This document shows, one piece after another, positions 51,263 to 64,000 of a DNA stretch of 64,000 nt. Position 1 is the stretch's first letter; every line of letters begins with the position of its first letter. Both the position numbers and the translations under genes were made by a program. Source of the stretch: Octopus sinensis (taxonomy: Eukaryota). A model generated the notes under the pieces. It searched no databases and was not told the origin of the DNA. It worked only from the letters and a program-made list of their open reading frames with translations. The stretch spans positions 47,492,001 through 47,556,000 of the forward strand of contig NC_043003.1 of NCBI RefSeq assembly GCF_006345805.1, read 5' to 3'.

Positions 51263-54245
51263 TTCCGAATTTGTGTGAATGTGTATAAAATAATATATCA
51301 GTTGAATAAAGTTAAAACATGGTCTGGTTTTCACATTTTTTTTTAATGGTATTTTAACATCAAAAAAATATTTTGTAATGTTCATAAAGTTCAATTAGCA
51401 CTTTCATACGTTCATAGTAATCATCAGATTTCAAAATGTATTTAACTGACAGTCGAGTTCTTGACAACTGTAGCACCTCTTAGAACACTCCAACAAGCTG
51501 AGTTTTTGGAATATGGTTTTGGCCAATCTCCTTGCAGCTTAAACATCATCGTTTTCTAAGCGTACTGATATTCTGTAATTTGTTTATATTCAAATGTTAA
51601 GGATATTTTTTAATCCAGATCATTAACTGGTTGTTATATTATTGTTGTTATTTCCGTTCAGAACAGGTTTGAACATTTTAATAAACTGTTTTATTTTTTA
51701 TCTTTCTTCCAACCTCACTTGTGTTCTGTAGTTTGTGGAAAGGAAAAAATCATATATATAATATTATATATAGCATGCATTATACTCTCAAAGTGGTTGG
51801 CAATATGAAGGGCATCCAGCCATAAAAACCATGCCATATCAGACTGGAGTCTGGTGTAGCCTTACATCTTGCCAGCCCTGGTCAAACTGCTCAACCCATG
51901 CCAGCATGGACAACAGATATTAAATGATCATAATGATGATGATCCATGTATATGTATGTATATTTGTATGCATATATGTATGTATATATATTATACACAC
52001 ATACACTCATCTAGTGTGTTTGCTCATTTGTTGTGACTAATGGCTGTACAAATGGTGTTATTTACTTGCAGTCAACTGCAAAAGCATGTTTGGTCTTCTT
52101 AACATGTTATGCGATGTTTGTAAAGAAAAGACTATTTCATGTGGTGTCATTTATTCTCAGCTCTCCATTTAAAAATGTTTGGATTCATTGTTCAACAAAT
52201 TTATTATTAGTTCTCCTGGAAACAAGTGGGTGACAAGAATTGCATCTGGCCATAGAAAACTGCTGTAACATACTCATCTGACCCATTCAAGCATGATAAA
52301 CCAAATGTTAAATCATTGCTGCAGCTGCATTTGTTCATTTAAGATTCAATTTTTTTTTTTTACAGAATTTACTTAATTGTCCTTAATCTCAAAAAAAATG
52401 TTTCCATCTTCTTTAGTATAGAAACATTAGGGGGTTTTATCTCCAAAAAGTAGATACAAATCAATGTTTGTAGTCATATTTTTTTATATTGATTAGCTTC
52501 TGTTCATTTATTTTCATTTGAACCCTTCATGTTTCCAAACTCTATCCTCTGGATATGGAGTAAGTTATATGTTATATCACTGGGGCAATTTTTTTGTGTT
52601 TTTTTTTTCATCCTTGCTTTTTATCCATCCCTAATACACTATCATTGGTACTGTGTTTTTTGTTTTGAATTTTTTTTAATATTCCTATTTCTATTTCTAA
52701 ATCTTAAAAAGTTTCTAAAATTAGAATTTCGTTCAAGGAGATATTTTCCTCAACCAAATTTTGTAACATCTGTAAGAAAGCAAATGTTTCGTTATATTTT
52801 TGCTTCTGTTGTTATTGATAATGATGTCTGATCTCACTACTAGTCTGCACAAGTAGCTTCCATATTTTAATGTCTCTATCATTTTATTATTTTTGCTATG
52901 AAGTTGTGACAAAGACTCTTGAAGTTGATGTACAGTATAATAATTTGTGTGTGTATAGACAATACTAGTCAATCTGAGATGATGAGGCCATACAAATGTT
53001 TCTTTGTAGGTTTCATACAGTACAAAGTCATTGTAGTTGTGGCTGTGTGGTAAGAAATTTACTTCCCTACTACAACTACATGGTTTGGGGTTCAGTCTCA
53101 TTGCAGGGCACTTAGGGGTAGTATCTTCTACTACAGCCTTGGACCAATCAAAGCCTTGTGATTATGTTTGGTAGACATAAGAGTAGATGTTAAATGATGA
53201 TGATATATATATGTTATTTTTTATTAATATTTAGTACAAGCAACAAGTGACTCAGTTGCTGAGAGGTTCATGCATTAGCTACTTATTAAATCTGTATATG
53301 TATATATGTATGAATGAATAAATGAATATCTCCTTGCTTTGACTTCATGTAATAGTTGTAAACATGTGTCACCATCATGTAAGCAGTGCCTGTCATTTTC
53401 AGCCTTCTGTAAAGTCATGTCTAGCCATGGGGGAATATTTCCTTATTTGGAAACAGCTGAGGGTTGCCAACAGGAAAAGCAGCCACCTGTAAAAAAAAAA
53501 AAAAAACCTGCTTGACTCATGCAAACATGGAAAAATGAACATTAAAACAATAATGATGCAATCATTGCAGGTCATCTTGCTTACGGTTTTTGTTAGGTGT
53601 GCAAAGCAAGTGACTTAACATCTGGTGAGCTGTAATCGTTTATTAAATTCTTCCATAATATAAGTTTTTACAAAAGAAAGACAAAAAAAAGAAAAAAAGT
53701 GGAAAAAAAAAGAAAAAAGTAAGAGAGAAAAAAAAACATCAATTCAGTACCGAGTTCTTCATTAGTTGCGCACCCATCTTGTATAACTGAAGCAAAATCT
53801 TACTGGTCTATGTTTGCTTCTCATGTTCTAATAGAGTACTGTTCATCAAAAGTCTTTCTTCTTACCATGCTTTTCTAGGATCAATCCCTAAGTATGCCAC
53901 CTTGGGCATGTGTCTTCTACTGTTGCAATAGATTGATCAAGATGTTGTGTATGAAATGTATGCATGTGTTTTGCTACACAAAGCAATAGTTTGTAAATTT
54001 GAATTGAGCAGCAGGAAAGGCATTTCCAGATTACCAGCCTTTTGTTATTATTGTTGTTGTTGTTATTGAAGAAGCTACTTCAGACAGACAGGCCCAAGAT
54101 ATTGATATATGTTTTAGCAAATCCTGGTAAAAGTGCCTTGGCCCTTTTCAGTTCAAATTTAAATTTCACTGAAGCCTTCTGCATTTACTTGAACTATTGT
54201 TTCCTGTATCGAACTAATATTTAAAAACTGTGTTCTGTCTTTCAG

Positions 54246-54343
54246 ACTTGTGATAGTAATTTGAAACAAAAGACTGAAGTGGTTGCCAAACTAGAAGAGA
54301 AAACTGAACAACTAGTAAATACACTGAAAGAAATGGAGAAAAA
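54246..54343 (+). CDS. RUFY2: Internal coding exon of a RUN and FYVE domain-containing protein (RUFY1/2-like), second coiled coil
   Basis: Acceptor TGTCTTTCAG|, donor AA|GTGAGT, 98 nt open, phase 0 to 2: TCDSNLKQKTEVVAKLEEKTEQLVNTLKEMEK. Aligns by eye with recalled human RUFY2 [33 protein letters not shown] (shared LEEKT, same spacing). Assignment is from memory, not a database search. Confidence 0.72.
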
Positions 54344-54819
54344 GTGAGTCTTTGTTTTTTGTTTGTTTGTTTTTAAATTTTTTTTTTCTATTTGAGTACT
54401 GTTCTTTTAAATTCTTGTCCTCGTTGTTCTTGTTACTGTTATAATTTCTTATTATCATCGTCAGCAGCATCATTGTTGTGTAAACATTTTATGATTGCTA
54501 AAAATCTTTCTACAACACTTCATGAATACACTTCCCTGAAGCAAGATATTTAGGGAAGAAAAATTTGTTTTTTTTTATTGCCATTATTATTATTATTATT
54601 AGTAGTAGTAGTATATTTTCAATCTTTACGTTCTGAATTCAAATGCTGCCAAGGCTGACTTTACCTTTCAATCTTTCGGGATCAATAAAATAAATACCAG
54701 TTGAGTACTGGGGTTGATGTTATTGACTTGCCTCCTCCCACAAAATTTCAGGCCTTGTGCCTATTGTAAAAAGGATTATTATTAGGGAAGGATAGGAAAA
54801 TAATAGATTTATAAGCCAC

Positions 54820-55078
54820 GGGTATATGGCGTAGTGGTTAAGAGCGTGGACTACTAACCCCAAGATTCCAAGTTCGATCCCAAGCAGTGACCTGAATAAT
54901 AATAATAATAATAATAATTATAATATTGAAAAATACCTTAGGAATGAGAACCCAGGTTCGAAATTTCCCCAAGACACCTGATGAAGGCTGGAGGGTATAT
55001 CAACAAACAAGATGAGGACAAATATCCGTTAAGTGTAAATAATGTACATAATTCCTCATCTCTTAAATATAGAACTGT
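54820..55078 (+). mobile_element. tRNA-headed SINE with (AAT)n linker and Penelope-like tail
   Basis: GGTATATGGCGTAGTGGTTAAGAGC...AGTTCGATCCC head; tail contains ACACCTGATGAAGGCTG. Confidence 0.6.
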
Positions 55079-55094
55079 AATATTATTATTATCA

Positions 55095-55128
<34 letters not shown>

Positions 55129-58100
55129 AGGCAGTGAACTGAGACAATCATTAGCGTGCCGGACAAAATGCTTAATGGTATTTCGCCTGTCGCTGAGTTC
55201 AAATTCCGCCAAGGTCGACTTTGCCTTTCGTCCTTTTCAGGGGTCAATAAATTAAGTACCAGTGAAATACTGGGGTCAAAGTAATCAACTAGTCTCCCTC
55301 CCACCAAGTTTCAGGCCTTGTACCTTTTGTAGAAAGGATTCTTCTTCTTATTAGGGTAGTGGATTGACAGAATTGCTAGAGCACTGTATTAAATGCCTTG
55401 CAGTTTATCATTTTGCTATTTATAATCAAATCCTGATGAGGTTAAATTTAACCTTCATCTGGTCAGATTTGATAAAATAAAGTACTTGTGAAGTACTGAA
55501 GTCGGTAGGATCAACTAACACTCTGCCATCAAAAATTTCTGACCTTGTGTCTAAACTGGAAACTGTTATTATTTATTAAGACTGGTATTACTATTGATAG
55601 TAGGTGACAGAATTGGTGAAGCATCAAATTTTGTTTTTAGACATTTTAAATGGTTTTGTTAAATTATCTAATAATAATGATGATAATAGTTTCTTACATT
55701 AGTAAAAGATCACAAATTTTCTAGGGAAGGAGGGTGAAAAAAAGACATCTTCCAATGAGAGCAACTTATTCTCTTTTGAAACAAAGAGGAGGCCTCAATT
55801 TTATCAATGGCCTACAAGAAATAGCAAGTAATTGTCCCTCAAATGAAACCTCACCATCTTAAGGAAAGAAGAAAGGACACATTGAACCTTGATGTAAAAA
55901 AGAGACAGGATGGTCATAGTTGAAATACCTTTAATCATAGATCTGTTTGATCAGAATTGACTTGAAGCTAAACAACTGCAAACGATGACAACAACTTCAA
56001 CCTACTCTCTTTCAAAAGAGAGAGAGAGAGTGTGTGTGTGTGTGTTAAGGCATATGGCCTACTGGTTAGGGTGTTGCACTCAAAGTCATGAAACTGGTTT
56101 TGATTCTTGGACCATGGATTGTGTTGTGTTCTTGATTAAAGCACTTCTAATACAAAGAGAATGGTGTAATTTCAATCACTTGTAAGCCATGAAACTGGAT
56201 AACTGGTCTGATGAGTCCTAGGGCTCAATGGTATCTCCATGTATGTATAACATTACCAAAACCACATCACAATGACCAAATTCTTGTTTAGAGTCAGAAA
56301 ATACTTCAGCCCCTGATTAGTTTGCTCCCACATAGGAGAAAGTCTATATGGGACAGTGCTGCTGTTTTTCATGAATAAAAGTATATTTACTGATTGGAAT
56401 AAAAACTCACTCTTTAGAGTACGTGGGCTAAAACCACAGCGGTACTACTTCCTCTTTCTGCTTCTTCTTCTCTCACTACAATAATGTCTTCCATTTCTGT
56501 GAATCAGCAAGTTGTATACTCTATCTGTTGCATCCTCCTGTCTGACCCTATTTGTTGCATCCGCTGCTCTCACCTCCTTGTTAAGGTTCCTGTATCCTCT
56601 TCCCCTAAACCTTACACTAAAAGCCTTTCTTAGTCTTTCTTTCTTTCCAGAACTGCAGCCCTTTGGGATTCATTACCCCTTTCCTTTGAACTTTGAATTA
56701 AACAAGAATCCCATTACACTGGAAGAGCCTACACATATCATGGGTGTTAGCCTTACTCCCATGACTAAGTGATGATATGAAGAAATAGATAATTGAATTG
56801 GCCCTATTACATTACTGGTATTTTTTTATGTTTGAAAAAGAATCCCAAAATTTGAATGCAGTCAGTATCTTGTATCATTTATCATTTACTTAAGTCTTGA
56901 GACTATGGCCATTCTAGGGCACCACCTTGAAGAATTTTAGTTGAATATATTGACCCCAGTTGTAGCTTTTTTTTAAAGTCTGGTACTTATTCTATCAATC
57001 TGTTTTGCTGAACTGCTGAGCTATGCACACATAAACACACCAACGCTGATTGTCAAATGGGAGTAGTGGACAAACAGACACAAAGACATACATAGATATC
57101 TATGATGGGATTCCTTCAGTTTCCATTTACCAAATCTTCTCACAAGGTTTTGGTCAGCCTGAGGCTATAGTAGAAGACACTTGCCCAAAGTGTCACACAG
57201 TGTGACTGAACCCAGAACCATGTAGCTTGGAAGCAAACTCCTTACCACACAGCCACAAAATTTAATAATGTGATGCATTTTAGTCTGCACTCTACTGCTT
57301 TGGCCATCTACAAGAATTTTAAAGATTTCTAAAACCAGTCCAAAAGGCCATGTTTTTGTCGGGAAGATGTAGCAGGTAGTAAACTGAATGGCCATCATCA
57401 TCATATTACTAATACTTATTTCATTGATTGAAGGGATGAAGGAAATGATGATCCCAGCTGATTCGATGTCGGAACAAAGGAAGATCAAAGTAAATATGAA
57501 ATAGGTGTGGGGATTCAGTTTGTTGGCATGCTACCACTTTTATCACTCTACCACTGAAACTACTACTACCACAATAATAATAATTATCATGAATCTCATA
57601 ATAGTCATCATAATAAAGATGATGACATAAACATAGTCTCAACTTCCAATCCCACCCAGTCCCTTTCACCCTCCCCTCTCAGATTATCAAATTGACAAAT
57701 TAATTTCTGATTTATGATCTCGTTTATTTTCTTTATGATTATCAGCTCTAATTAACTATTCTGGTGTGCCTAAATATTTAATATTTAAAGTCTAATCACA
57801 CAATCCATTTTGTGTGGTTCCTTCCAACACCAACACCACCACCACCACCACCACCACCACCATCACAGCAACAACAACAAAAAAAGAAGAAAAACCAGCA
57901 AATATTTTTTTAGGTTGAATATTTTTTTTGCTTGTGTGTTGCTTATTGTTTTTTGTTATTCCAAATCATAACCTGGGTCATCAAAATAACTTTATGTGTA
58001 CTACTACTACCACTGTTATTATTGTTATTTCTTCTGACTCATTACATTCTGAGTTCAAATCCCGCCAAGGTTGACTTTGTCTTTCATCCTTTCGGGGTTG

Positions 58101-58504
58101 ATAGAATAATTACCAATTGAACACTAGGGTTGATGTAATCAACTTAGCCCCTCCCTACAAACTTATTGGCCTTGTGCCAAAATTGAAACCATTATTATTA
58201 TTATCATTATTATTATTACTATTATCATGATGGTGAACTAGTAGAATCATTAGCACACTGAACAAAATGCTTAGTGGTACTTCATCTGTTGCTACATTGT
58301 GAGTTCAAATTCTGCTGAGGTCAACTTTGCCTTTCATCCTTTCAGGGTCAATGAATTAAGTACCAGTGAAGCACTAGGATCAGTGCAATTGACTTGTCCT
58401 CTCCCCCCAAATTTTAGGCCTTGTGCCTTTAGTAGAAAGGATTATTATTATTATTGATATCACATAGTATCCAATATTATGATGTAGATTAAATATATTG
58501 TGTG

Positions 58505-58770
58505 TATCAGAGGTTTGTACTGTCTGTCAAGTCGCAACAAGGACCTCAGACAGACATTACTTTATGCAATATGCATGCAGCTCCAAGTAAAGCCAATTTT
58601 TGCAATACACTAAGATTGTAGGGTATTTCTAAAGTGTCCGGGTGTTTCTTTAGGTTGGGTGGTATTGAACTCAATGTTCTGATGACAGCAGGAACAACCT
58701 TTACATTTGACTCTTACTGCTGCCACATCTTAGCAATCTCAGTTCTCAAGTCTCTGTATTTGTCATTATT
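58505..58770 (-). mobile_element. R4/Dong-like LINE 3' end, older copy
   Basis: Minus: KYRDLRTEIAKMW...VKVVPAVIRTLSSIP...LQKLALLGAACILHKVMS; ATT-repeat flanks. Confidence 0.7.
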
Positions 58771-58971
58771 ATTATTATTTTGGCATTTCTTCTGGCTCAT
58801 AACATTCTGAGTTCTAATTCCACCAAGGTCAGCTCTACATTTCAAATCTCTGGATCAATAAAATATAATATCAGTCCATTATTGGGATCAATGTAATTAA
58901 CTGACCATTCCTCTAAAATTGCTGGCTTTGTGCCATAACTTGGACATTATTATTATTATTATTATTATTGT

Positions 58972-59497
58972 TGTGAGAGCAGCGCATGCCATCAAAGTGA
59001 CACTGGGGTACAAATATATGAAGCCCAATATATCCATCATGATTACATGTCCAATAAGAGTTCACTAGGTACATGCACCACAACCATTTGTGCATGATAT
59101 GGTGATATCATATAAAGATAAACAGCACATGACCTTGCAGGTGGGGCCCAATTAGATTTCTTCAGGTCAAGTAGCCCATCCCACTCAAAAGGTCCCTGAA
59201 ACACCCATATCTCCAGAGGTGAATTATTCAGACCCCTAAAGAATTCCTCTCAACATATGGCTATGATGCTCTCCCACTGCTTCTGCTTGTGATCAGAGAT
59301 ACACATATCATCAACCACCAAGGGACATGCTCAACTGGTTAAAGTCAAACAACTGACAAGCAAATCTGTGGTATTGAGCAGAATATTTGCTGTAGCCCAT
59401 CTTTTACACCAAAACAAAGCATGTACATAATAGCACTTTCAATCAGTTAAGATCAAAAGCCATGAGAGCCATTGCCTGGTACTGAATCAGGGCATTT
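58972..59497. repeat. ~525-bp unclassified element inserted in (ATT)n
   Basis: GC-richer block bounded by ATT microsatellite on both sides; resembles a recurrent octopus repeat from memory. Confidence 0.45.
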
Positions 59498-59526
59498 TAT
59501 TATCATTATTATCATCATTATTATTA

Positions 59527-59567
<41 letters not shown>

Positions 59568-62500
59568 TTGTTGTTGTTGTTGTTATTTGGATTGGCAGAA
59601 TTGTTAGAGCATTGGACAAACTGCTTTGTGCTATTTCTTTCAGCCCTATACAATCTGATTTCAAATCCTGCTGAGATCAACTTTGCCTTTCATCCTTTCG
59701 GGGTCAACAAAATAAAGTACCAATCAAGTATTGGGGTCGATGCTGTCATCTAATCCTCTCCCCTCAAAATTGACGTACTTGTGCCTAAATTGGAAGCTAT
59801 AATTATTGTTATTGTTTAAATCTTCTTTATTTCTCTTCAACCAACACAGTTAGATTTCAGCAAACTCTGTATATTGTGTATTACTGATTATAAATATTTA
59901 ATATAAGACGCAAGAGTTGTTTTGTTTTATTTTTTATTTTATTTTTTATGGAAGTTGGTCACTGTAGGAAGGCCTGTGCCCATGACCTTCTTCAGACTCT
60001 CCTACACTGGAAACATACATACAGCTGATGCCCGTCCAGCTTTATTTTCTGCAAGAGAAACACGGATGATGAGTAGGGGCTTGGTTTGATTGATCGTAAT
60101 AGTGCAAACACTTCAAAAGATACCCAAAGACCACATGGTAAGGTTAAAACTGGTAGCATGTTAAGCCTACCACCCAAAAGATTAGAACAGATTAAAGCCA
60201 TTATATAATTTATTTTTGAGGTTTTGCTTTTAAAGATCTTACTTGGGTCGCTTTTGGTTTTTTGGGCTCTCTTGGCTGGACGAAACCAGCAGGTCCATGA
60301 AAAACTGGTAACAGGCCTATGGCAGATGTGAAATGTAGGTCCTGTTTCAACTACTCTTCATATATTTTAATGATATATACTAAATGCTCATGATTTATAT
60401 ATGGCTACAGTCATATACATGAATATACCTATACTGTACATGATGTGCTTAAAAGCAATGGAAAAGAATAGAAGAATTAGAATGAGTTATAAAAATGATA
60501 ATTCTTTATCAAAGGTTCATTGCTTTGCCTCTGACTGGCAAGAAAAGTCTCCATTGAAATTGTAGGCTCCTGCCTACTAGTCCAGCTGGACCCTGCTCTG
60601 CACAGACCTACAATTACGCTCCAGTGATATACAGGAGCTTGTTAGTTGATGTTTCCACACACTTCAGGGGTCAGTTGAACTAGAACTTCAGTGGCTGTAA
60701 AACAAATCTATCTCCGGATAGGATGTCATCCTATCACAACTCACTCAAATGTTCTAGCTTCTATTTCTGAAAGATAGAAATATTAAAGCATGTAGAATAC
60801 AGCATGTTCTGCTATTCGGCACAATCAAACACTGGCTGTGCATTTGTGAACTAGTGAAACACGACCTGGTAATCTAGTAGTAAATCCAATTCACTATTTT
60901 GTCTTGACTTCCAGTATTTTTCTATCTGTCTTTCTCTCTGTCTCTCCTTTTCCCTGACTTTATCTATCTTTCTGTCTCTTTCTTTGTATTTCTGTTTGTC
61001 ACCCATTCCCTTTATCTTTCTACCTCTTTGTCTTTAAGTTGTCTTTAATTTCAGACTCTCTACCCATGCATGTTTTTCTATTTCTATCTTCCAGTCTCTT
61101 TCTGTCTCAGTGTGTCTGTTTTATTATCTCTGTCTGTCTGTTTCTCAATGTCTGTCTGAGTGGTCAGCATCTGAAGTCTATGTTTACCTGTTTTGTATGG
61201 AAGTCTCTTACTTTGCAGCTTCATTTCTCTTGAACACAAAACTGATGGTTCCAAATGTCTCAGTCATCTTAACCCCCTCTCAAATATCTTTTGTCATACA
61301 AAACATGTATGATTTATATGAATACATAAAAATCACTCAGGACTTCTTAAAATCTGTAATATTGGAAGTTAAGTTTTAGAAAATACTGATGCACAACTTC
61401 AAAATTTACCTACAATCACTTTAAGGGCTCCCCTGGAGGGGGAAAAAACCACTATCATTACAGCAAATCCCTCAAATGACTTGTACCATTTAGCACTACA
61501 GCATTAGATATTTACATGCCTAATGCCTGAAATGAGTTGTTAATAAGGTCGTTATTTTCCTGTCAATTAACTTAAGGCTCAAAGTACATATTTGTAATAT
61601 TGATATGTCTACAATGTTTTAATCACTTTCATTTCTGTTTCTCATCATTTGTCTTAATTCTCTTATCAACCAAGAACTGGTTTAGTAGATAAAGAACATT
61701 GTTACCCTTAGTTTAAAAATAAAGATTCCTAGTTTGAATCCAACCTGTATCTATATGTGAGGCAATAACATGCTTGATGATGACTGAAGATCACATTGTT
61801 CAAGAGACACAGCTGATAGTCCAGAAAACAAGTAATCTTGCTCTTAGGTGGTAGAACCAGTAGTGCATCTGACAAAATAATTTTGTTTGGTTACTGTCCT
61901 CTTTTGTTTTGAATAAAACCCCTCGAGTTTATTTTTGTCTTTCATCTTTTCAATAAAGTTAGATATCAGCCAACTACTAATCATCATTTCTTGTCTCTAT
62001 GTCAATGGGTTCTGCTTGAAACACTTCAAACATTTATCCTAAAGTTTGGGAAGGGAAAAAGCATCCAAGAGCTCAGGTTTGTTACTGGTTCTTATCAGGA
62101 TTCAAACATAGTTGTCAGTGTATGTGATATAGGTCTAAAATAATTGTGTATTGAGGAGAGAAAGGTACCTGGCTCCTACATTTCCTCATTAGATATTCTC
62201 AGTTCTGTGAATTTCATGGCTACCAAGAAGAGGTGAACTTTTCAGACCTGGTTTCTGATGGAGGAGAAGTAACCCCTCCTTCATCTGTTCCGCAAACCTT
62301 CTCTTAAGGTTAGCTTTCCTTCATTAGGATCTCTTTTTTACTATTTTCATATTTTAATGCTACTCTCAACAATTGTCACCTAGTTTTTTTCTACATGCCT
62401 TCTTCACTGACGATTGGCATTTGAGTGGAATTACTGGTTGTAACCAAGAGAGGCGGTCTACTTCCATCTGCTGGTACATAACCCTGTATCTTTCTTTCCT

Positions 62501-62876
62501 TGGTACAAGATTGTTTTAGACCAATATGAAATACACTGACAGCCAAGTTTGAATCCTAACAATGATCAGTTACAAATTATCTTGCTGGCTTCTTCCTGTT
62601 CTGGAAGGCTGAAGCAAAAGTGTTAGCAAATAATTTCCCACCAGTTACATGCTTGAATTACGAGCAAAAAGAAAATATATGTACATATAACTGGATAAAT
62701 AAATCATGAGTTGGAATGTTGCTTCAGTGGTGATGCACCAGCAAATGAAATTCAACTGTTTCTGATAAACACTGGATCCAGTGAATGAGCTGCACACAAG
62801 TAAAGAAGGTTGCTTGGTGCTAGGTATGATAAATAGAAATTATCTGTTTAATGTTTTATAATCAGTAGCATCAGTA

Positions 62877-63260
62877 GGCTCAGGTGTGGCTGTGTGGTAA
62901 GAAGCTTGCTTCCCAACCACATGGTTCTAGGTTCAGTCCCACTGCATGGCACCCTGAGCAATTTTCTTCTACTATAGCCTCAGGCTAGCAAAAGCCTTGC
63001 AAGTGTATTTGGTGGATGGAAACTGAAGGAAGCCTGTTGTATACATGTGTGTGTGTGTACTTCTGTGCGTGTCTTTGTGTCTGTTTGTCCCCCCACCCCA
63101 TCACTGCTTGATAACTGGTGTTGGTGTGGCAAAAGAAACCAATAGAATAATTATTAGGCTTTAAAAAAAATAATTCCTGGGGTCAATTTGTTTGACAAAA
63201 ACTATTCAAGGCGGTGCTCCATCATGGCCACAGTCAAATGACTGAAGCAAATAAAAGAAT
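62877..63260 (+). mobile_element. Family-B SINE, full length
   Basis: Same head, core and tail motifs. Confidence 0.85.
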
Positions 63261-64000
63261 CAACTAATGGGTGATTAGTCCTGTTGATTTCCATTGAAGG
63301 AAGCTGCAGAGGTACTTGGAAGGTCAGTGTTCTTGAGTTTTTCCAATAACATCTAGAAATAACTTCAGATGGGGATCAAATACTTATTTTCAAACTAAGA
63401 TATATTTTTTAATGTCTAAAATTCTTGGAAATGAAGGCTAAATCTAAAAACTTTCATAACATTGATTTTTTAACAATAGCTCAAAACCAGATAAATTATT
63501 GGGAAGAGCCATGTTAATTCTAATGGATCTTCAAGGTACTTCATAAATTCATACACCCTCTCTCTTTTGAAAGAAGAACTGTAAAGTCAACTCCAGTGGA
63601 CTTGAAAGTTGTAGGCAAAAAGTTGTAACTACATACTACAAACTATTGTTTATTTCAGTATTCTACTTTCTTGCATTTACCATGCTGAGAGATCATTAGC
63701 AACACAAATGAAATATTATATATATATATATATATGTATATAAATATATGAATTTACAACTAGGTTAGCTGCAGACTTGGCTTTGTGAATTCTTCTTTCA
63801 ACTTCATAGTGCTTACCTCAACAGTTCAAATGCGAAATCTGAATTTGCAGAGCTGTTCAACCAAAACTCAAGTCATAAAATGTTAAAGATACAAAATAGG
63901 CTTTACCATATTATTTCTAATTTTCAATCGTTTTTGTTTCATTAGGAATTTTTATTGATACCTTTATTAGTTATTTTTAATATACTTTTTATAGTTTTTT

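Larger units (their letters stand above)
54620..59800 (+). mobile_element. Cluster of at least 7 co-oriented family-A SINE copies
   Basis: Copies at ~54620-54780, 55125-55345, 55360-55565, 58040-58195, 58228-58450, 58795-58945 and 59590-59800, mostly starting in (ATT)n. Confidence 0.75.

Noticed and set aside
54820-54893. Possible tRNA gene
   Set aside because: A and B boxes are present but the acceptor and anticodon stems do not pair; it is a SINE head.
56185-56230. GAAAC...CTGATGAG permuted hammerhead candidate
   Set aside because: Stem II arms are not complementary and no valid cleavage-site geometry exists.
59960-60345. GC-richer block with partial reading frames
   Set aside because: Stops in all long frames; probably an unidentified decayed transposon.
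1291-61379. Nearly all other ORFs in the supplied track (poly-HT, YI, VC, II, NN)
   Set aside because: They are translations of microsatellites or SINE bodies with no domain content.
62193-62307. Phase-compatible candidate next exon (YSQFCEFHGYQEEVN...stop)
   Set aside because: It does not resemble the coiled coil/FYVE sequence expected downstream in RUFY and terminates early.

Overview
AT-rich, repeat-dense animal genomic DNA, almost certainly Octopus: the precursor matches octopus GnRH as I recall it, and the SINEs are octopus-type. There are no prokaryotic features. Two protein-coding loci are supported. (1) The octopus GnRH/corazonin-type neuropeptide gene lies on the minus strand. Its 89-aa precursor is encoded by exons at 12233-12439 and 10815-10877, and the mature peptide is pQNYHFSNGWHPG-amide. 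I also infer a non-coding first exon with core promoter near 16523-16612 and a 3'-UTR-only last exon starting at 10173. (2) A single 98-nt internal coding exon on the plus strand (54246-54343) resembles the second coiled coil of RUFY1/2. I could not find its preceding exon in the window, so the GnRH gene appears to sit antisense inside a very large RUFY intron. The rest is tRNA-derived SINEs, LINE remnants (RTE, CR1-like, R4/Dong-like, Penelope-like), a deleted mariner, hAT/piggyBac/Tigger-type MITEs and microsatellites. Notable structures include two hammerhead-ribozyme motifs in Penelope-like direct repeats, an RTE LINE with a near-exact 5' inversion (twin-priming signature), and three long fold-back palindromes. 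Nearly all ORFs in the supplied track are microsatellite or repeat artefacts. All analysis was by eye, and repeat boundaries are approximate.
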